Positions 62,801-64,000 of a stretch of 64,000 nt of DNA are shown here, one piece after another. Every line of letters begins with the position of its first letter. Positions within the stretch are counted from its first letter, which is position 1. Made by a program: the position numbers and the translations under genes. The stretch spans positions 2,072,110 through 2,136,109 of the forward strand of contig CAJINV010000015.1 in NCBI GenBank assembly GCA_905178155.1, read 5' to 3'. Under the pieces are notes generated by a model, which ran no database searches, was not told where the DNA came from, and was given only the letters and a program-made list of their open reading frames with translations. The DNA is from Amoebophrya sp. A120 (taxonomy: Eukaryota; Protista; Dinoflagellata).

Positions 62801-64000
62801 TGAAGTTGTAGTTTTTTTCTGAAATTACATGAGAAAAATCTGATAAGCATGATGAGTTCTACACTGTTGCATCACGAAAAACACATCCATACAGAAGGGA
62901 AAAAGTACTAATGTATCGCACCTGTCCCTGCTGCCAACGGCCAACGATCATCTTGACTTCCTCCTCAGTCGGCATGTTCAAGGCCTCAGCAAGTTGGCCC
63001 TGAACGGCGGCTCCGAACTGCATTTCCACACAAACTTCTGAAGAAAACTACGAAGAAATACTGTCGCTCCTACGGAATTTTTGCTGAAATATTGATGATT
63101 TGTCGCTGCATTTGACATGAAATTCATGGAAAATTGACAGAAATTCACAACCTCCAAAATCCCCGTTCTGGAATAATTCAAGGATCTGAGCTCAAAATCC
63201 ATGGCTTTTCATGAAAATTCCAGGAATTCATCATTAATTTTGCGAATATTTGCCAAAAGTGATGGCTTTTGAGCTCAGATCATGGAATTATTCCAGAGCG
63301 ATGATTTTCGGGATCATGCATTTCAAGCAAAAAATGATGAAAAGTGAAGCAAAAAGTAATGAAGTCGCGCGTAGATTTTTGCTGGTCACAGGTTGAAACT
63401 TCATGCATTTGCGTTGTATTTTGCTGGAGGATCTACTGCGAATTCTCTTGGAAATGATGTCTGTTGAGGGGAAAGTTGGCATATGGGGGAACGGTTACAG
63501 TCTCCAGTCGAAGAGTACATGGAAGGGAACTGGTGTATGGAAATGGATATCGCACAACGAAAATATCAGTGACCGAGTTGCGGAATGGATCGAATACGAC
63601 CGAGGACAAAGTGCTTGACTACCTGAAGACGCCTCTTGTATTGCGCGCATTTTCTCACTCATCGCACTTCTCCGCTGCTACGCTTTTTCACTTTCTCCTC
63701 AAAAATACCGCTTGATTTTTGTCAAATTATTTTTTGAAACTAAAGCTCAACGACCCGTCGCAAGCTCAAGTATGTTGTTGTTCGTAGTAGTGCTTGCATC
63801 TCAACCGCGGTGTTGCTACATCTAACACAAAGTGAAAAACTGCAAGCACCGGCGACGCGCATAGCGATGATTTTCTCGCATAAACATAAGATGTGATATG
63901 TAAAAACCATATCAAAAAGCTAAGCACTTATCGCCATGCTGTTAGTGAGTACGTAGCTTTACTGACATGTAGAACGCAGCGGCATGATTGTATTTCTATC

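Larger units (their letters stand above)
55440..64000. mobile_element. Putative large tyrosine-recombinase mobile element (right end not in window)
   Basis: No introners seen; GT-AG introns; orphan ORFs; plus-strand recombinase breaking the host gene polarity; repeat-rich left border. Confidence 0.6.

Overview
This is eukaryotic DNA, most likely an alveolate of the Amoebophrya/Syndiniales type (inferred from intron style, not tested). Host genes from 1 to 55.4 kb all lie on the minus strand. They are VPS4, a DNAAF9/C20orf194 (Shulin) homolog, a ~3,460-aa secreted protein with a C-terminal alpha/beta-hydrolase, a mucin-like membrane protein and several hypothetical proteins. About 62 non-canonical introner-like elements in at least 10 families lie in and around these genes. 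Nearly all run TAT...ATA with terminal inverted repeats and a 5-bp flanking direct repeat (DR), and they share an internal GCAT(G/C/T)ACAAA motif. Removing element plus one 5-bp DR restored the reading frame at every coding junction traced by hand, in either element orientation. A few ordinary GT-AG introns coexist in the same genes. Six elements carry nested insertions. The window also has two palindromic tandem arrays at 7.3-9.1 kb, one with loxP-like 13-8-13 geometry. From ~55.45 kb to the end is an introner-free block that starts with a repeat/hairpin cluster, has GT-AG-intron genes and encodes a tyrosine recombinase; it is probably a large mobile element. All coordinates were read by eye and may be off by a few bases.
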